Positions 29,869-41,237 of a DNA stretch of 64,000 bases are shown in pieces (within the stretch, counting starts at the first letter, position 1; each line of letters opens with the position of its first letter). The position numbers were made by a program, and so were the translations under genes. The notes beneath the pieces are model-generated. The model did not search any database and had not been told where the DNA came from. It worked only from the letters and a program-made list of their open reading frames with translations. Source of the stretch: Syntrophorhabdaceae bacterium (lineage in GTDB: Bacteria > Desulfobacterota > Syntrophorhabdia > Syntrophorhabdales > Syntrophorhabdaceae). Location: positions 64,001-128,000 of the forward strand of contig CAXXUO010000002.1 in the NCBI GenBank assembly GCA_963666485.2, read 5' to 3'.

Positions 29869-30077
29869 ACCTGTTCAAAGCAGGGGACACCCCGCACATG
29901 CGGGGCCCGTGTTCCGCATTGCGGGCACTCGCATTCACCCTGGGTTCCCGTACCCCGGCCTCCCATTCGGCCTCGTCCGGTCCCTGATCCGCCTGCTGCG
30001 TTGGCTGCACCGCGACCGGCGCCCTGCCCCTTCACAGGCCCTTTTCCCAATGGCCCTGTCCCATCTTTACCTGGCAT
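29829..30077 (-). CDS. Small Gly-rich protein (DUF5320-like) with C-terminal Cys cluster
   Basis: AGGAGG RBS; MPGKDGTGPLG; CECPQCG...PC...CPQCG. Confidence 0.75.
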   Translation of the reverse strand: MPGKDGTGPLGKGPVKGQGAGRGAANAAGGSGTGRGRMGGRGTGTQGECECPQCGTRAPHVRGVPCFEQVCPQCGTKMVRAL

Positions 30078-30105
30078 GATACATACCTCCTTTTTACCCT
30101 TCCGG

Positions 30106-31014
30106 CTATTCTCCCCGCACAATGGGTGCAGAAGGGTCTCGACACCATTCTTCTATGGAGCCATCGAAGATCGACACCTTTTCATAACCGAGCACTTCGC
30201 TCAACATGAACCACCATGTCGGTGAGAATTTGCCGGTGCAACACAAAAGAACGATCTCTTTTTTTCTGTCCGTTCCGACAACCCTCGCTGCTTGCCCGGC
30301 GATTTGTTTCCGGTCCGCATACGTTCCGTCTTTGTTAAAAGCGAGGGTGTAAGGCAGATTCACGCTTCCCGGTATATGTCCTTGTCTGGCTGCACCGGGG
30401 TCCTTCACTTCACCGGTGAAGTAACTGTGTAATCTCGTATCGACAATGGCTGCGCGCCGCATTTTTTCCTTCAGGCAGTCTTTCGAGCACAGGACCTTTT
30501 CGTTCCATTTGCAGCAAAAAGGTCGCGGCGCGGCCTTCACCCATCCCTTTTCCACGGGATTTCCTTCGCCAATCCAGCGTGCATATCCGCCGTCGAGAAT
30601 TGCGATTGTCGATATCCCGGCATATTTCATGGTCCATGCGACCCGTGCGGGATGCGCCCGGTCAAGGTCGGTTTCGGTCTTGCCGGCAATGACAACGATG
30701 CTGTCCGGCCCAATACCCACCGAACTTAGGTTTTCTTCTATATCATCCTTCGGAGGAAGCTGACATGAAATGCCTTTCTCCATAGTTCGCCAGGCATTAT
30801 ACGTCAGGCTAACGGACCCGGGTATATGACCTTCCCTGTATTCCTCAACTTTCCTGATATCAACGACGACGAGGCCGGAAGTACCCTTATTTTTCACCAG
30901 CCATTGCGCCGTTACAACCGAAGGTATTATTTCCGTTGGATATGCTTTGGGCGCATTCACTGAGCTCGCGAGCAACAGAGCTATTACCATTGAAACAATA
31001 GCCAGGTATTTCAT
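30106..31014 (-). CDS. Secreted tandem-domain rhodanese sulfurtransferase
   Basis: Signal peptide; GHIPGS twice; LDGG; active loop CCTGKFS; FDGSIEEW. Confidence 0.88.
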   Translation of the reverse strand: MKYLAIVSMVIALLLASSVNAPKAYPTEIIPSVVTAQWLVKNKGTSGLVVVDIRKVEEYREGHIPGSVSLTYNAWRTMEKGISCQLPPKDDIEENLSSVGIGPDSIVVIAGKTETDLDRAHPARVAWTMKYAGISTIAILDGGYARWIGEGNPVEKGWVKAAPRPFCCKWNEKVLCSKDCLKEKMRRAAIVDTRLHSYFTGEVKDPGAARQGHIPGSVNLPYTLAFNKDGTYADRKQIAGQAARVVGTDRKKEIVLLCCTGKFSPTWWFMLSEVLGYEKVSIFDGSIEEWCRDPSAPIVRGE

Positions 31015-31077
31015 GATCCCTCCCTGTGCTGATCATCATTCCTCGAATTGTCTCGATATTGTGCCATGGCTTTAATC

Positions 31078-31845
31078 TCACCAGTGTCCCTCGACGTCGG
31101 CACCGGAGAGTTTGGAAAGTTTCCCGTTCCTGTACGAGTCGATAGCTTCCCGGACGGTCATGTTCGTTGCCGTGAAAACATCGACGCCTGCTGCCGACAA
31201 GACACGGAAGGCGTTGGGCCCGAGATGCCCGCTTATGACCGTCTTCGCACCGGCATTGATAACATTTTGAGCTGTCTGGATACCGGCCCCCTGGGCTGCA
31301 TTCATATTTTGGATATTTTCAAATATGTCCTGTGTTTGAGTTTCCGGGTTAAAGACAAGTATCTTCTTTGCCCGTCCAAAGCGCTCGTCAACCATACCGT
31401 CGAACGCGCCATCTGCACTGGTTATCGCTATTTTCATAGATTCTCCTTCTTGTGTTCCTTCCGAGAGAGATTGGGCGGCCTGTGCAACAGCTTCAGCCGA
31501 AGCACACCCTTCACCCCAATCCTTTCGCCATCGGCAGGGGCGTACCATTTCCTCCCGGAACGCTACGTTTCCCCCTTCGATCCTGAGCGCCTTGCCGTTT
31601 ATCACGGCATCAGCTATCTTTTGATGGGCCGTATTGATGAGACGATGAAATGTAGGCTGGGAGACCTCCATTTGCGCGGCCGCTTTTTCCTGCGGGTACC
31701 CGAGAAGGTCTTTCAGCCGCATGGCTTCCACTTCATCCTGCCCGATCACGATTTCACGAATATCCCCGAGAGGAATGCCGGCTGGCTTAAAGTAGATCGT
31801 TTTCGGCTGGAAACCGATTCGCCTCTTACAGGTTCGTCTTGGCAT
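31078..31845 (-). CDS. DUF134 HTH protein fused to a NifB/NifX-like domain
   Basis: MPR..., FKPAG, EAMRLKD, QEKAAAQMEVSQPTFHR, IEGG; then RFGRA...GAGIQTAQ...GPNAF. Confidence 0.88.
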   Translation of the reverse strand: MPRRTCKRRIGFQPKTIYFKPAGIPLGDIREIVIGQDEVEAMRLKDLLGYPQEKAAAQMEVSQPTFHRLINTAHQKIADAVINGKALRIEGGNVAFREEMVRPCRWRKDWGEGCASAEAVAQAAQSLSEGTQEGESMKIAITSADGAFDGMVDERFGRAKKILVFNPETQTQDIFENIQNMNAAQGAGIQTAQNVINAGAKTVISGHLGPNAFRVLSAAGVDVFTATNMTVREAIDSYRNGKLSKLSGADVEGHW

Positions 31846-31866
31846 ATGTGTTATCTCCTTCTATAA

Positions 31867-31922
31867 ATGAATATATATTCATATTGAACTCTTGTCAATA
31901 AAAATTATGAATATAAATTCAC
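31867..31922 (-). promoter_or_regulatory. Promoter (TTGACA 31898-31893, N17, TATATT) with two palindromic operator-like boxes
   Basis: Perfect 16-bp palindrome ATGAATATATATTCAT at 31867-31882; 14/16 copy at 31907-31922. Confidence 0.7.
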
Positions 31923-31988
31923 AATAAACTAGGTTATACTCTACGCGATATACAGTCTGACCAAATGATTTTAGATAAAGGAGACAGC

Positions 31989-32767
31989 ATGGATTACCAA
32001 AGTATCATCACTACGGTTCGGGATAATATCGCTACGATCACCCTCAACCGCCCTGACAATATGAACACTTTTACCACACTTATGGCGACAGAGCTCAATC
32101 ATGCCCCTTCGCACGCTTGATAATGAGGATGCTGTCCGGGTGATCATCCTGAAGGGCGCCGGAAAGGCCTTTTGTGCCGGGATCGACGTCAGTGAATTCC
32201 CCGGCAAGACGGCGATGGAATACCAGGAATGGATCGGGATGATGGGAAAAGCCATGATCACCATGAACGACCTGAAAAAACCCGTTATCGCCGAGGTACA
32301 GGGGATCGCCGCCGCGATAGGGGCGGGACTTGTGGCTGCAGCGGACCTTGCCATCGTGTCGGAAAGGGCCCGTTTTGGCCTGACTGCGATCAATGTCGGC
32401 CTCAATTGCATTGGCCCCGCCATCCCCGTCTCGCGCTGCGTCGGGAGAAAGAGGGCCCTCGAACTCCTCTTCTTTGGGGACATGATAGATGCGGCCGAGG
32501 CGCTCCAAATGGGGCTTATCAACCGCATTGTCAAGCATGACGAACTGGACGGCAAGACTCATGAATGGGCGCAGCAGTTGGCCGACAAGAGTCCCCTTGC
32601 GATCGAAACGGCAAAGAAGGCATTTTTATACCGCCGCCGACATGGAATACCATAAGGCCTTCGAGCATGTGACCTCGGCGCTCGCGCGCCTGTGCACCAC
32701 CGAAGATGTCGGTGAGGGCATTGCGGCCTTCTTTGACAAGAGAAAGCCAAGCTGGAAAAGACGTTAA
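31989..32767 (+). pseudogene. Enoyl-CoA hydratase/isomerase with two frameshifts (~32104, ~32627)
   Basis: ITLNRPD, GKAFCAGID, KPVIAEVQG, EGIAAFFDKRKPSW spread over different frames. Confidence 0.8.
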
Positions 32768-32782
32768 TCGGGGAATCCTGCC

Positions 32783-33460
32783 ATGACACAAACCAAGGCC
32801 TTGCTTTTTGCATCGATCTCATTCGTTATCTGGATCATCATGCCCGGTATCTGGACATCAGGGAATGCCCATGAGAACACCATCGCCAGCGATACGCGAA
32901 GCCTTATCAACCTCAAAAAGTTTCCCGAGCGCCCGTCGGATTTCAACCGCAAGCTGAAGCCGTACGTCGCGAGGATCATTCAAAGACACGGGCACGAAGA
33001 ATGGAAGGCCGTGGTGCTGACAAATGAACTCCACCATCACATGGGGCTGCACTCGATCGTGGGCGCGAAAATGGGTATCAGGGCGCGTGAATTGCTCAGG
33101 GCGCCGTTTGATACGATCACCGTTGTCCTCGTATGCGGGCCTCAAAACCACCTGGCAGCTGCCTCAACGACGGCATCCAGGTATCTACGGGCGCAAGCCT
33201 CGGCAGGGGGGCAATCCTGGTGATATAGATTGGCCCACGACGACCCCCGTGCCGATTTCATATCGGGAAAAAAGAAAGTCACTTTGAAGCTCAGGGAGGA
33301 GATAGTCAGCGACATTAATAGGATGATCAAGGAATGTTCCGAAAAGCATACTTTTCAATCACAACAGTATTTTAATGAACTCGACAGGCTAATCTATTGA
33401 GTCCTGGTTACAATGGGACAGGGCATTTCTCTTTGAAGAGACCATGGGAGTTTTCCCATA
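32783..33460 (+). pseudogene. FmdE-like secreted protein, frameshifted; end approximate
   Basis: ELHHHMGLHSIVGAKMG, then in another frame SCLNDGIQVSTGASLGRG. Confidence 0.6.
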
Positions 33461-33602
33461 ATTCCGAAATTGTCAACTGAGTACCGGATATCAACGTACA
33501 CACGGTTCACTACAGCTATAACCGGTAGGGGGGGCTTTGTGTTTATCCGGACTATACCCCCTTTTTCTAAAAAGAATGCTTTTTCAGGCATTCGCCACAA
33601 TG

Positions 33603-33775
33603 TTGTAACTATTTTGTAACTAACGACCCCTCAAATACCCTCTCAGAATCCAAACATAACCCAAAGATGAGAAATTTTAAAAAGCCTGTAATGTGTTGAT
33701 ATTAGCGCATTTATAGAATTTGGTATAGTGTACTACGAATCCAAAGGTTAGAGGTTCGATCCCTCTCGGGCGCGC
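33603..33775 (+). repeat. att junction 1: ~130-bp arm plus exact 44-bp copy of the tRNA-Arg 3' part (33732-33775)
   Basis: Identical to 16929-16972; arm homologous to 40202-40328. Confidence 0.92.
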
Positions 33776-34193
33776 ATTTTACTTCGATAAGTTACAAACC
33801 ACACTGAAATTTCACAACCTTGTCGTGCTACCTTATAGCTACCCTTTGAATGTTTTTTGGTTCTGTTGAGACGAAGACAGGATCTTCTGAAGATTGAGGT
33901 AAATCCTTATTAATTCTCATCATCGGACGGGCAGCTCTCTTCCATGCGCCAGGCGGGATACACCGAGACGACCGTGCCGGGTGAAACAGTCTGTCTCAAC
34001 ATTGAAACACATTTCTTTTGGTGTATGGATACAATACGTAATACTTTCGAGGCATTATCAGGATGTTTACGTGCGGCATGGTTATTGCTCTTTTTATTAT
34101 GGCTATATCTCTGTTAAGATGGAAACAACGGCTTTGCGGTCCGGGTGATCGAAAAGCGCAACTGCCCACGATCGAGATGAAAGGAATCTTTCA

Positions 34194-37100
34194 ATGTCCC
34201 ACAAAAAGATTCTCCTTGTAGAGGATGAGGCCCCTTATAGCCGTTGCCCAGAAGAAGGTCCTCGAGAAGTACGGGTATGCGGTCGTAACCGCTCACTCCG
34301 GAAGAAGAAGGCCATAGAGGACGGTCCGTTCCACCCCGGGCATCGACCTCATCCTCATGGACATCAACCTCGGGAAGGGGAAGATGGACGGCACGGAGGC
34401 CGCGGAGGTCATCCTCAGGGACCACGACATTCCCGTCCTCTTCCTGTCCAGCTACACACAGCCCGAGATCGTCGAGAAAACAGAAAGGATCACCTCCTAC
34501 GGCTATGTCGTCAAGGATTCTGGCGAGACCGTCCTCAACGCATCGATAAAGATGGCGTTCAAACTCTACGAGGCGCACCAGAAGGTCACGCAGAATGCGG
34601 AACAGTTCCGCGCCGTCACCAATACCGTCGATCGACGGCTTCTGGCTCATCGATACGGAAGGCCGCATCCTGGACGTCAACGAGGCTTACTGCCAGATGA
34701 CCGGCTACGGCCGCGACGAACTCCTCGCAATGTACATCCCCGACCTTGACGCGGGTCGAAGACGCCGACATGGCCAGGGAGCACATGGCGAAGGTCATTG
34801 AAAAGGGCTCCGACCGTTTCGAGAGCAGGCACCGCTGCAAGGACGGACGGACAATCGACGTCGAGGTGAGCACAATACTGACGGGGGAACAGAAGCTCCT
34901 TGTCTTCATTCAAAACATCACGGACCGGAAGAAGGCACAAAAGGCCCTGGAGCTGCAATCGGCCATTACGGAAACGGTGGGCGAAGGCATCTTCCTGATA
35001 GGTGTCGAGGACAACATCATCAAGTGGGCGAACTCGAAATTCGAGAAGATGTTCGGCTACGGTCCGGGCGAGATGACGGGGATGCATGTCGACAGGGTGA
35101 ATGCGCCCACGGACAGGACACCGACGGAAACAAGGATATCGATCGTCGACGTGCTTCTCGAAAAAGGGGAATGGCACGGGGAAATAAAGAACGTAAAGAA
35201 GGACGGGACGCATTTCTGGTGCTATATCCGTGTCTCCCTGTTCGACCATCCCGAGTTCGGACGGGTCATGGTATCGGCGCATACGGACACCACGGGGCTC
35301 AAGCAGGGGGAGCAGGAACTGCGGGAAAGCAAAGAGACGTTCCGCGCAATTGCCGATTACACATACGACTGGGAAAACTGGGTTGGACCGGATGGCAGGC
35401 TGATCTGGATAAATCCCGCCGTCGAGCGTTTGACCGGGTACAGCGTAAAAGAATGCCTTGCCATGAAGGATTTCCCTCTGCCCATCATCGAAGACACCGA
35501 CAGGGAGCGGGTTGCTGTTGATTTCTCAGAAGCGGTTAAGGGAGCCTCTGGCGATGGGGTCGATTTTCGTGTCCGCTGTAAAGACGGCACGGTTAAATGG
35601 TTCTCTGCATCGTACCAGCAAATCTACGATTCAGCAGGAAAACATCTTGGCCACCGATCGAGCATACGCGACATTAACGACCGGAAACATGCGGAGGAGA
35701 CAGTTCAGCGGGATCTCGAGGCCATGATGGTTTTGCACAAACTCAGTTTGTCGAGCGCCCTTCCCGGAACCCTGTCAGAGTTGCTCACCGGGATTGTCGA
35801 TGCCGCGATCGCAATCACCTCGGCCGACTTCGGGAACATCCAGCTGTTGGACCCTGAGACCGGCCGTCTCCGGGTCGTTGCGCACCGCAACCTCCCGGAC
35901 TGGTGGCTTGCGTTCTGGGAGACGGTCAGCGAAGGAGAGGGGGGTGTGCGGCACGGCGCTTCAGGACGAGGAACGGGTCATCGTTCCGGACGTGGAGCAG
36001 AGCCCGATCTTTGTCGGAACGCCGGCACTCGAGATCCAGCTGCGGGCCGGCATCAGGGCGGTCCAGTCGACCCCGCTCAGGAGCAGGGATGGCAGGATCA
36101 TCGGCATGTTCTCCACGCATTTCAAAAAGCCGCTCAGGCCGGACGACCGCCAGATACGACTGCTCGATCTGCTCGCCCGACAGGCTGCCGACCTGGTCGA
36201 GCAGGGCCGGTATGAGGCGGATCTCAAGCAGAGCGAGGAAAGGTATCGCACCCTGTTCGAGGCTGCTGCGGACGGCATCGTTATTCACGACACCCGGGGC
36301 AGGAACATCGCTGCCAATCCACGTGCCTGTGAAATGCTGGGATACAGCCGTAACGAACTGCTGGCCATGTCATTATCCGACCTGATCCCGCCGGAAGAGC
36401 TTCAACAAAATCCGCCGCGGCTGAGCGATGCCCTCGCGGGTCGGCCTGTATGTTACGAACGTAAACTGCGGCGAAAGGACGGAACCCTTATCGACATCGA
36501 GATCAGGGCTGGTCGGGTCATGGAAGACAAAATACAGGCTTTCTGGCGGGGACATCACGGAACGCAAACGCGCCGAGAAAGCCTTGCGCCTTGAGCAGGA
36601 ACGTCTCGCAGGGCATCTTGAGAGGAACCAATACCGGGGACATGGGAATGGAATCTGCAAACCGGGGAAGTCGTGTTCAATGAACGATGGGCCGAGATCA
36701 TCGGCTATACCCTGGAGGAGATCTCTCCCCGTTTCCATCGAGACCTGGGAAAAGTTCTGCCACCCGGAGGATCTTAAGGTCAGCGGTGGACCTGTTAGAG
36801 AGACATTTTCCGGGGCGATCTGGATTATTATGAGTGCGAAGCACGGATGCGGCACAAGAGCGGCGAGTGGGCCTGGGTGCTGGACCCGGGGGCAGGTGAT
36901 CACATGGGCGAGCAACGGCAGGACCGCTCATGATGATGGGCACACACCAGGAGAATCACCGGCCCGCAAGCAGGCCGAGGATGACATCAAATCCTCCCTC
37001 CATGAGAAAGAGGTCCTCTTAAAAGAGATCCACCACCGGGTGAAGAAACAACCTCCTGGTCGTCTCGAGCATTTTGAACCTCCAGTCGGATACGATCATG

Positions 37101-37611
37101 GACAGGAAGGCAAAGGACCTCATTGAGGACTGCCGTCAGAGGATACATGCCATGTCCATCATCCACAACAGACTGTATAGTTCTGAGAGCCTCTCCCGCG
37201 TCAGCTTCAAGGGGTACACCGAGGAGCTCCTCGCAGACATTGCCCGCTCCTACGGGACCCGCCCCGGGGATGTCGCTCTCGTGACCGGACGTCGGTGACA
37301 TCACATTCGACATCGAGACCGCGATACCGCTCGGGCTCATCATGAACGAGCTTGTCTCGAATGCCATGAAGCACGCCTTCTCCGGGGAGAGAAAGGGTAC
37401 CATTAGGGTGAACATCCATGAACACGAGGGCAGATTCCTTCTGACGGTCAGGGATAACGGCGTAGGCTTCCCGGAAGGGATCGATTTCACCGCCACCGAA
37501 TCCTTAGGGATGCAGCTCGTCGTCACCCTCGTGGAACAACTCGACGGGAGCATAGATCTTATAAGGGGCAACGGGACGGAGTTCAGGGTTACCTTTGGGG
37601 CCGGGGCATGA
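34194..37611 (+). pseudogene. REC-multiPAS-GAF histidine kinase (HisKA_2/HWE-like), multiply frameshifted
   Basis: KKILLVEDE, LMDINLG, PAS motifs, GAF, LLKEIHHRVK, MNELVSNAMKHAF, DNGVG across several ORFs. Confidence 0.8.
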
Positions 37612-37659
37612 GGCACAATACAACGCAAAGCATAACGGCGGAAATCCCGTTAAGATGCT

Positions 37660-40143
37660 ATGAAATATTCATTTTTCAAATCCATACGCACCACACCTTA
37701 TCTTGCTGGTTTTGATAGCGGTCCTTCCGGCCCTTGTCATTCATTGTCTACAACGGGGTAATACAAAAACAACACGACATACGCGAAACAGAAAGCAATG
37801 CCATGCGCGTCCTGACAGGCCTTGCATACGCCCATGAATATGCGGTCGAGAGCACCCACCAGTTCCTCTCTATCCTCGCCCAGATGCCCCGATGTACAGA
37901 ACCTGAACCTCCCCGCGTGCAACCGGCTGTTTGGCAAACTTCTCAAAGATAACCCGCTGTACTCGAACATCTTCCTGGCAAATGATAGGGGAATGTTGGT
38001 TGCCAGTGCCAAACCGTTTACCCCTTTCAGCGTGGAACACCGGAAATTCTTCCGGGACACGATGCAATCACGACGCTTCTCGGCCGGAGAGTATGTGAAA
38101 GGCGTTATCGTGAGGCGTTCCGTGTTCCACTTTTCTTATCCCGTCCTCGATGCGCACAAAAACATGAAAGGTCTTGTCGCGGTAGCTGTCGACCTTGCAA
38201 GCTACGGCAATGTCTTTGCCATGGCAAAATTGCCTGAACACTCCGTCCTGGCAATCTCTGACCATAACCACACGATCCTTTACCGGTACCCTAATCCCGA
38301 AAAGTACATCGGCTCAAAGGCCCTGCAGGAAAATGTAAAGTCTTTTGCCGGGGAAGAGGAACAAGGTCTCTTCAGAGGCACCGGGTTTGAAGGGGTGCCC
38401 CGCCTGTTCGCCTTTAAACAGTTTCGCCTCGGGCCCGGTCAGCCGTTCTACATGGTCATGCGCGTAGGTATCTATGAGAAAGAGGCCCTTGCCTCCATGA
38501 AACGCAATTTCCTCATAAACATCGCCCTCCTGTGGTTTGCATTCATCGCCGCTTTGCTGCTGTCCTGGGTACTCGGCAGCGCGATTATTACCCGGAGGAT
38601 GAACAGAGTCATAGAAGCATCCACGCAGCTTGGACATGGCGACCTATCGGCCCGCACCGGTTTGCACCATAGCGAAAGCGAATTCGGCCAACTCGCCGCT
38701 GCGTTCGACGGGATGGCGACGGCCCTGGAGCAAAAAGAAGCGGAACGTTTGTCTTCCGAACAAGCCCTCAGGAGGAGTGAGGAAAAGTTCCGTTCCCTCG
38801 TCGAACACCTGCCACAGAATGTCTTCATAAAGGACAGCTTTTCCCGGTATATCACCTGCAACCGGCATTACGCCCGGGGGCTCGGGCTGGAGATAGAAGA
38901 CATAGTCGGGAAGACGGACTATGAATTCCATCGAAAAGAACTGGCGGATGGGTACCGGGCGGATGATCGGAAGGTTATCGAATCCGGCAAGGCCATCTCC
39001 CTCGAGGAGAAGTACGTCCGCTCCGGTGAAGAGCGCTGGGCATGGACAACGAAGGTCCCGTTCCGCAACCAGCAGGGAGATGTCATCGGGGTGATGGGCA
39101 TATTCGAGGATATCACGGACAGGAAGACTCTTTCGGAGAAACTCTTTCACGAACAGGAGCGCCTCCGCATCATCTTCGACGCCTCGCCCTCGGGCATTAT
39201 CCTCGTGGACCCGTCCGGTATCATCACCTTCGCTAACCAGAGGATGGCCGACATGTTCGGTTGTGCCCTGGATGAGCTCGTCGGCTCCTCGTATCCGTCC
39301 CATGTCCATCCGGACCAGCGGTCCACGGGTGACGCAAGGATGCGCCAGCTCATACGGGGAGAGGTGGACAGCGTCAACACAGAACGGTATTACATCCGCA
39401 AGGACGGTACCGGTTTCTGGGGATATTTGAGCGGCCGCCGCCAGGCTGACGAGAGCGGAACCTTTGTTAATCTCGTCGGCATTATCATGGACATAACCGC
39501 GCTCAAACAGGTCGAAAACACCCTCAAGGCCTCCCTCAAGGAGAAGGAGTCCCTCCTCAAAGAAATCCACCACCGGGTGAAGAACAACCTCATGGTCGTA
39601 TCGAGCATCTTAAGCCTCCAGTCGGGGACCATCAGGGACCAGAAGGTCAGGGACCTCATCGAGGAGTGCCGCAGACGAATACAGGTCATGTCCCTCATAC
39701 ACAACAAGCTCTACCGTTCAGCCAATCTCGCACATATCGGCTTCAGGGAATACACGGAGGACCTCCTTGGGGACATTGCCAGTTCGTACGGAGACCGCGC
39801 GGGAAATATCGCCCTCGTGACCGACGTCGGGGACATCTCCTTCGACATCGAGACCGCCATACCGCTGGGTCTCATCATGAACGAGCTCGTCTCGAACGCC
39901 ATGAAACATGCCTTCCCCGCAGAGAGGAAGGGCACCATCACGGTCAACCTCAATGAACAGGAGGGCAGCTTCCGGCTCACGGTCGGCGACGACGGCGCGG
40001 GGTTCCCGGAAGATCTCGATTTCACCGCCACCGAATCCTTAGGGATGCAGCTCGTCGTCAGCCTCGTGGAACAGCTCGACGGCACCATAGAACTCATCAC
40101 GGACAACGGGACGGAGTTCAGGGTAACCTTCGGGGCGGGATAA
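37660..40143 (+). CDS. Cache-HAMP-PAS-PAS histidine kinase (HisKA_2); N-terminus frameshifted, long intact ORF 37822-40143
   Basis: TM helix, HAMP GDLSARTG...EFGQLAAAFDGM, LLKEIHHRVKNNL, DDGAG. Confidence 0.8.
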
Positions 40144-40201
40144 GAAAATGGAGGATTTGACCCGTATATGGACCAGTATTGTGGTAAAACCACGCAAGGG
40201 A

Positions 40202-40374
40202 TTGTAACTATTTTGTAACGAATGACCCCTCAAATACCTCTCAGAATCCAACATAATCCAAAGATGAGACATTTGTAAAAGCTTGTAATCTATTGATATT
40301 AGCGCCTTTATAGGAATTGGTAGAGTGTACTGCGAACCCAAAGGTTAGAGGTTCGATCCCTCTCGGGCGCGCCA
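40202..40374 (+). repeat. att junction 2: arm plus 46-bp tRNA-Arg 3' copy (40329-40374, 2 mismatches)
   Basis: ACTGCGAACCCAAAGG...CGCGCCA. Confidence 0.92.
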
Positions 40375-40669
40375 ATAAAAGCAATATGTCACTCTCAGTA
40401 TTCACATTCTCCGCCGAAAATACCCAGCAATATACCCGGCAGACTGATGACTTTGTCCTTGACGTAGTCCTTATTATATACCCAAGCCGAAAAGGACCAG
40501 CATTCTTTGTTCCCCGATTTGTTCCATAGTCAAGAAGTTGAAAATTCTTAATACTGTTCATCTTTCCCCGTCGAATTCCGCGTCCTGAATTTTATAATTG
40601 TAAAAAGAAAACTGACTCTATATAATCGAACGAGCACAATTAAATTCAGAGTGGCAGGGAGGAGCGTCT

Positions 40670-40933
40670 ATGAAGAAAACATTCATCGTATTGTTCGCGG
40701 GATTTATTGTCCTTGTGTTTGCCTGCAATCCTGCTGTGTCTGCTGATACCCCGGTCAAAGCTGACGCAACGAAAATGGATTCTCCTAAGAAAAAGAACGA
40801 ATCGAAGGAAATAAAAGGGAAGACAGAGAAGAATGTACCCAAAAAGACCGGTGACGCTTTAGGGGAAACTGCACCAAAATCCTCGGCACCAGTTGGTAAG
40901 AGCACAAATGCCTTGAAACAAAATACGAAGTAA
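40670..40933 (+). CDS. Small Lys-rich secreted protein
   Basis: GGAGG RBS; MKK signal peptide. Confidence 0.65.
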   Translation: MKKTFIVLFAGFIVLVFACNPAVSADTPVKADATKMDSPKKKNESKEIKGKTEKNVPKKTGDALGETAPKSSAPVGKSTNALKQNTK

Positions 40934-41237
40934 CTCCTGACTTTATTGCTCATATAGTGCGCCGCCCTTTGAAGATTCGTGGTGCATGGCCGAGCATGAT
41001 AAGCTTGTCGAATTGGTCAGAGAAAAGACCAACGGGTTGAACGCTGACTCCTGGAATCAGAAGGGATGCTATCACTTTCATTCTCCAACCAGGGAGGGGC
41101 GTTGAGGGAATACAGGATGTGATCAGGGAATCGAAAAGCGATTGATCTATCAAGCCAATTATTTGAAATCCGACGGCATCGTCAGCTGCATTCATTAAAC
41201 CCGCACCTCCAGGGCACCACAATCAATCTGACGCTCG

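Noticed and set aside
33864..34001. Possible MITE bounded by TGTTGAGAC/GTCTCAACA
   Set aside because: Only 9 bp of exact inverted match, no clear target duplication and no second copy seen
40950..41222. 90-aa ORF downstream of the GT-C-like gene
   Set aside because: No convincing start, RBS or motif; may be a gene remnant but cannot be supported
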